From contig NC_086097.1 of NCBI RefSeq assembly GCF_963921235.1, forward strand, positions 84,570,001 to 84,634,000: a stretch of DNA of 64,000 nucleotides, given 5' to 3'. Made by a program: the position numbers and the translations under genes. The notes beneath the pieces are model-generated. The model did not search any database, was not told where the DNA came from, and saw nothing but the letters and a program-made list of their open reading frames with translations. The stretch comes from Mobula hypostoma. Taxonomy: Eukaryota. Positions 62,110 to 64,000 of the stretch are shown piece by piece (within the stretch, counting starts at the first letter, position 1; every line of letters starts with the position of its first letter).

Positions 62110-62990
62110 ATTGAGTGGCAGAGACAGACACAGCCCTTCTGCCCATCCTTCCACTACTGCTGGCCATTGTCCTTATCGATACCAGTCCCATTTACTTACA
62201 AGAGACTCGTGGCCCCCAACGCCCTAGCAATTCAAGTGCTTGTCGTAATGCTTCTTAAATTTTGTGAGGGTACTTGCCTCTGCCACCTTTATAGGCAATG
62301 TGCTCCAGATTCCAATCAACATCTGTGTGAAAAAATCCCCCTCAGATCCCCTCTAAGTCTTCTACTTCTCACACTATTCCTATGCTTTCTTATTTTAAAT
62401 ACTCCCACCACGGGAAAATAGATTTTTACTATCTACCCTACCTTCCTCCCCCCAACTCACCTCAGAATTTAAAGAAAGAGATGAAGATTAGCTTTATTTG
62501 TTGGTTGTATATCGAAACATTAATATATACAGGGAAATGCATTGTTTACATCAAACCTAATCAGCCTGCACTTGCCAGCACGCTTCTGGCTCCAACATAG
62601 CTTGCCTACAATTCACTAAACCTAGCCATTTGTCTTTGGAATGAGGGAAGAAACCAGAGGACCTCGAGGAAACCACACGATCAGTGGAGAATATACAAAC
62701 TCCTTACAGACAGTGACGGTTGATTGGAGCTTGATCAGTGATGGTTGGCGCTGTAAACTGCTTAACTACAGAGTCTTTAATCTTTATGTACCTATGCCTT
62801 CTTATTTTAGACACTCTCACCACAGGAAAAAGACTTCTTACCCTACCCTAACTCTCCCCATTAGAATTCTTTATACCTCTATCAAGTTGCCCCTCAGCCT
62901 CCAAGACAACAAACCAAGTCTCTGCAGTCTCTCTTTACACTGAAATGCTCCTTTCCAGGCAGCCTCCAGGTGAATCTCATTTGCCCCACA
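62110..62990 (-). mobile_element. Degenerate CR1 3' end with nested SINE (~62480-62770)
   Basis: TTCCAATCAACATCTGTGTGAAAAAA; TTATACCTCTATCAAGTTGCCCCTCAGCCTCC; GTCTTTGGAATGAGGGAAGAAACCAGAG. Confidence 0.65.
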
Positions 62991-63306
62991 TTTCCAAGAC
63001 ATATCGGCAATTTAGATATTCTCTTGGGCAAAGACTGCAGATACAAGGACCCAACAAAAAGGGATAATTGCTTTGCATAATCTATACAAAATCAGACTTT
63101 TCAAGCCAAATCCAGGTAGGATCTCTGTCTAGCAACAGTAGCACTGAAGACACAAACAAGATCATGCAGGACTTTCAACTGACTGAATGGACTATAGCTC
63201 CAAGTGTCAATTTCCTGGGGTACAATAAAAGGATTGCCCAGAGATCACAGAGAGGAGCTTAGACCTAATGTGATTGGGTGAAATGGATCATAGCAAAATG
63301 GTATAC

Positions 63307-63809
63307 AAAATGGCCACCCTCAGGGAGGAGAAGCAACACCTTATATTCCATCTAGGTACCCTCCAATCTGATGGTATGAATATCAATTTCTCCGTCCAGT
63401 AAACCAATTCCCCCCCCTCTTCTTTTAACCCCAACTTTGACCTTTTAATTCTTCTCACCTGCCTATTACTTCCCTCTGGGACCCCTCCTCCTTCTTCCCC
63501 ATTTCCTATGGTCCACTCTCCTCTCCTATCAGATTCCTTCTTCTCCAGCCCTTGACCTTTCCCACTCATCCGGCTTCATCTATCACCTTCCAGATAGCAC
63601 CTTTCCCTCTCCTCCCCCAGCTTTTTATTCTGGCATCTTCCCCCTTCCTTCTCAGTCCTGAAGAAGTGTCTCAGCCTGAAATATCGACCATCTATTCATT
63701 TCCATAGATGCTGCCTGACCTGCTGAATTCCTCCAGCATTGCGCGTGTGTTAAAATGGTATACAAAATGGCCACCCTCAGGGTGGAGGACCTTATATTTT
63801 GTGTGTGTT
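63307..63809 (+). mobile_element. PLE 3' end plus a deleted tandem second unit
   Basis: ATLREEKQHLIFHLGTLQSDGMNINFS; pLTR at 63650-63751; AAAATGGTATAC occurs three times. Confidence 0.85.
63654..63688 (+). ncRNA. Minimal hammerhead variant
   Basis: AGTC-CTGAAGA-AGTGTCTCAGCCT-GAAAT-ATC-GAC; stem II weakened. Confidence 0.55.
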
Positions 63810-64000
63810 AAAATGGTATACTTGCTTTATATTTCCTACAGGTTCTGTTTCTTTTAATCATGCTCTTGAGACACATTTTTATCATGTTACACTCTGACAC
63901 AGCTGAGACTGACCTTTCTGACTGGAACCATTGTGGCTGGAAATGTGGATAGTGGTGCAATAGTCTTGCAGAGATTTAGCCGTTGCCTTGATGTCCTCAG

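Overview
Eukaryotic, repeat-dominated intronic or intergenic DNA. The repeat inventory (HE1/V-SINEs, HER1-like CR1 LINEs, SacSINE1-like DeuSINE, Rex1/Babar LINEs) points to a cartilaginous fish, probably a ray; this is inference. I found no convincing host-gene exon, and every ORF I could assign to a family is a transposon fragment or its antisense shadow. Main contents: many CR1 and Rex1/Babar LINE fragments; a 5'-truncated L1 with a 12-bp TSD (9198-11231); RTE-related elements and tRNA-derived SINEs; a decayed Gypsy element (18983-~25010) carrying a nested Tc1 deletion derivative and a Penelope insertion; a decayed BEL/Pao element with both LTRs (37643-44263); three solo LTRs; and a ~0.7-kb local duplication. 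The most interesting signals are RNA-structural. Neptune-type Penelope-like elements (PLEs) scatter about a dozen minimal type-I hammerhead ribozyme motifs whose palindromic stem III could form only in a dimer. One 483-bp retrozyme-like mini-PLE has its TSD confirmed by an empty paralogous site in this window. An HDV-like fold with an unusual extra hairpin sits at the 5' end of an RTE-related element. Family names come from recognising motifs by eye, not from database searches, and boundaries of decayed elements are approximate.
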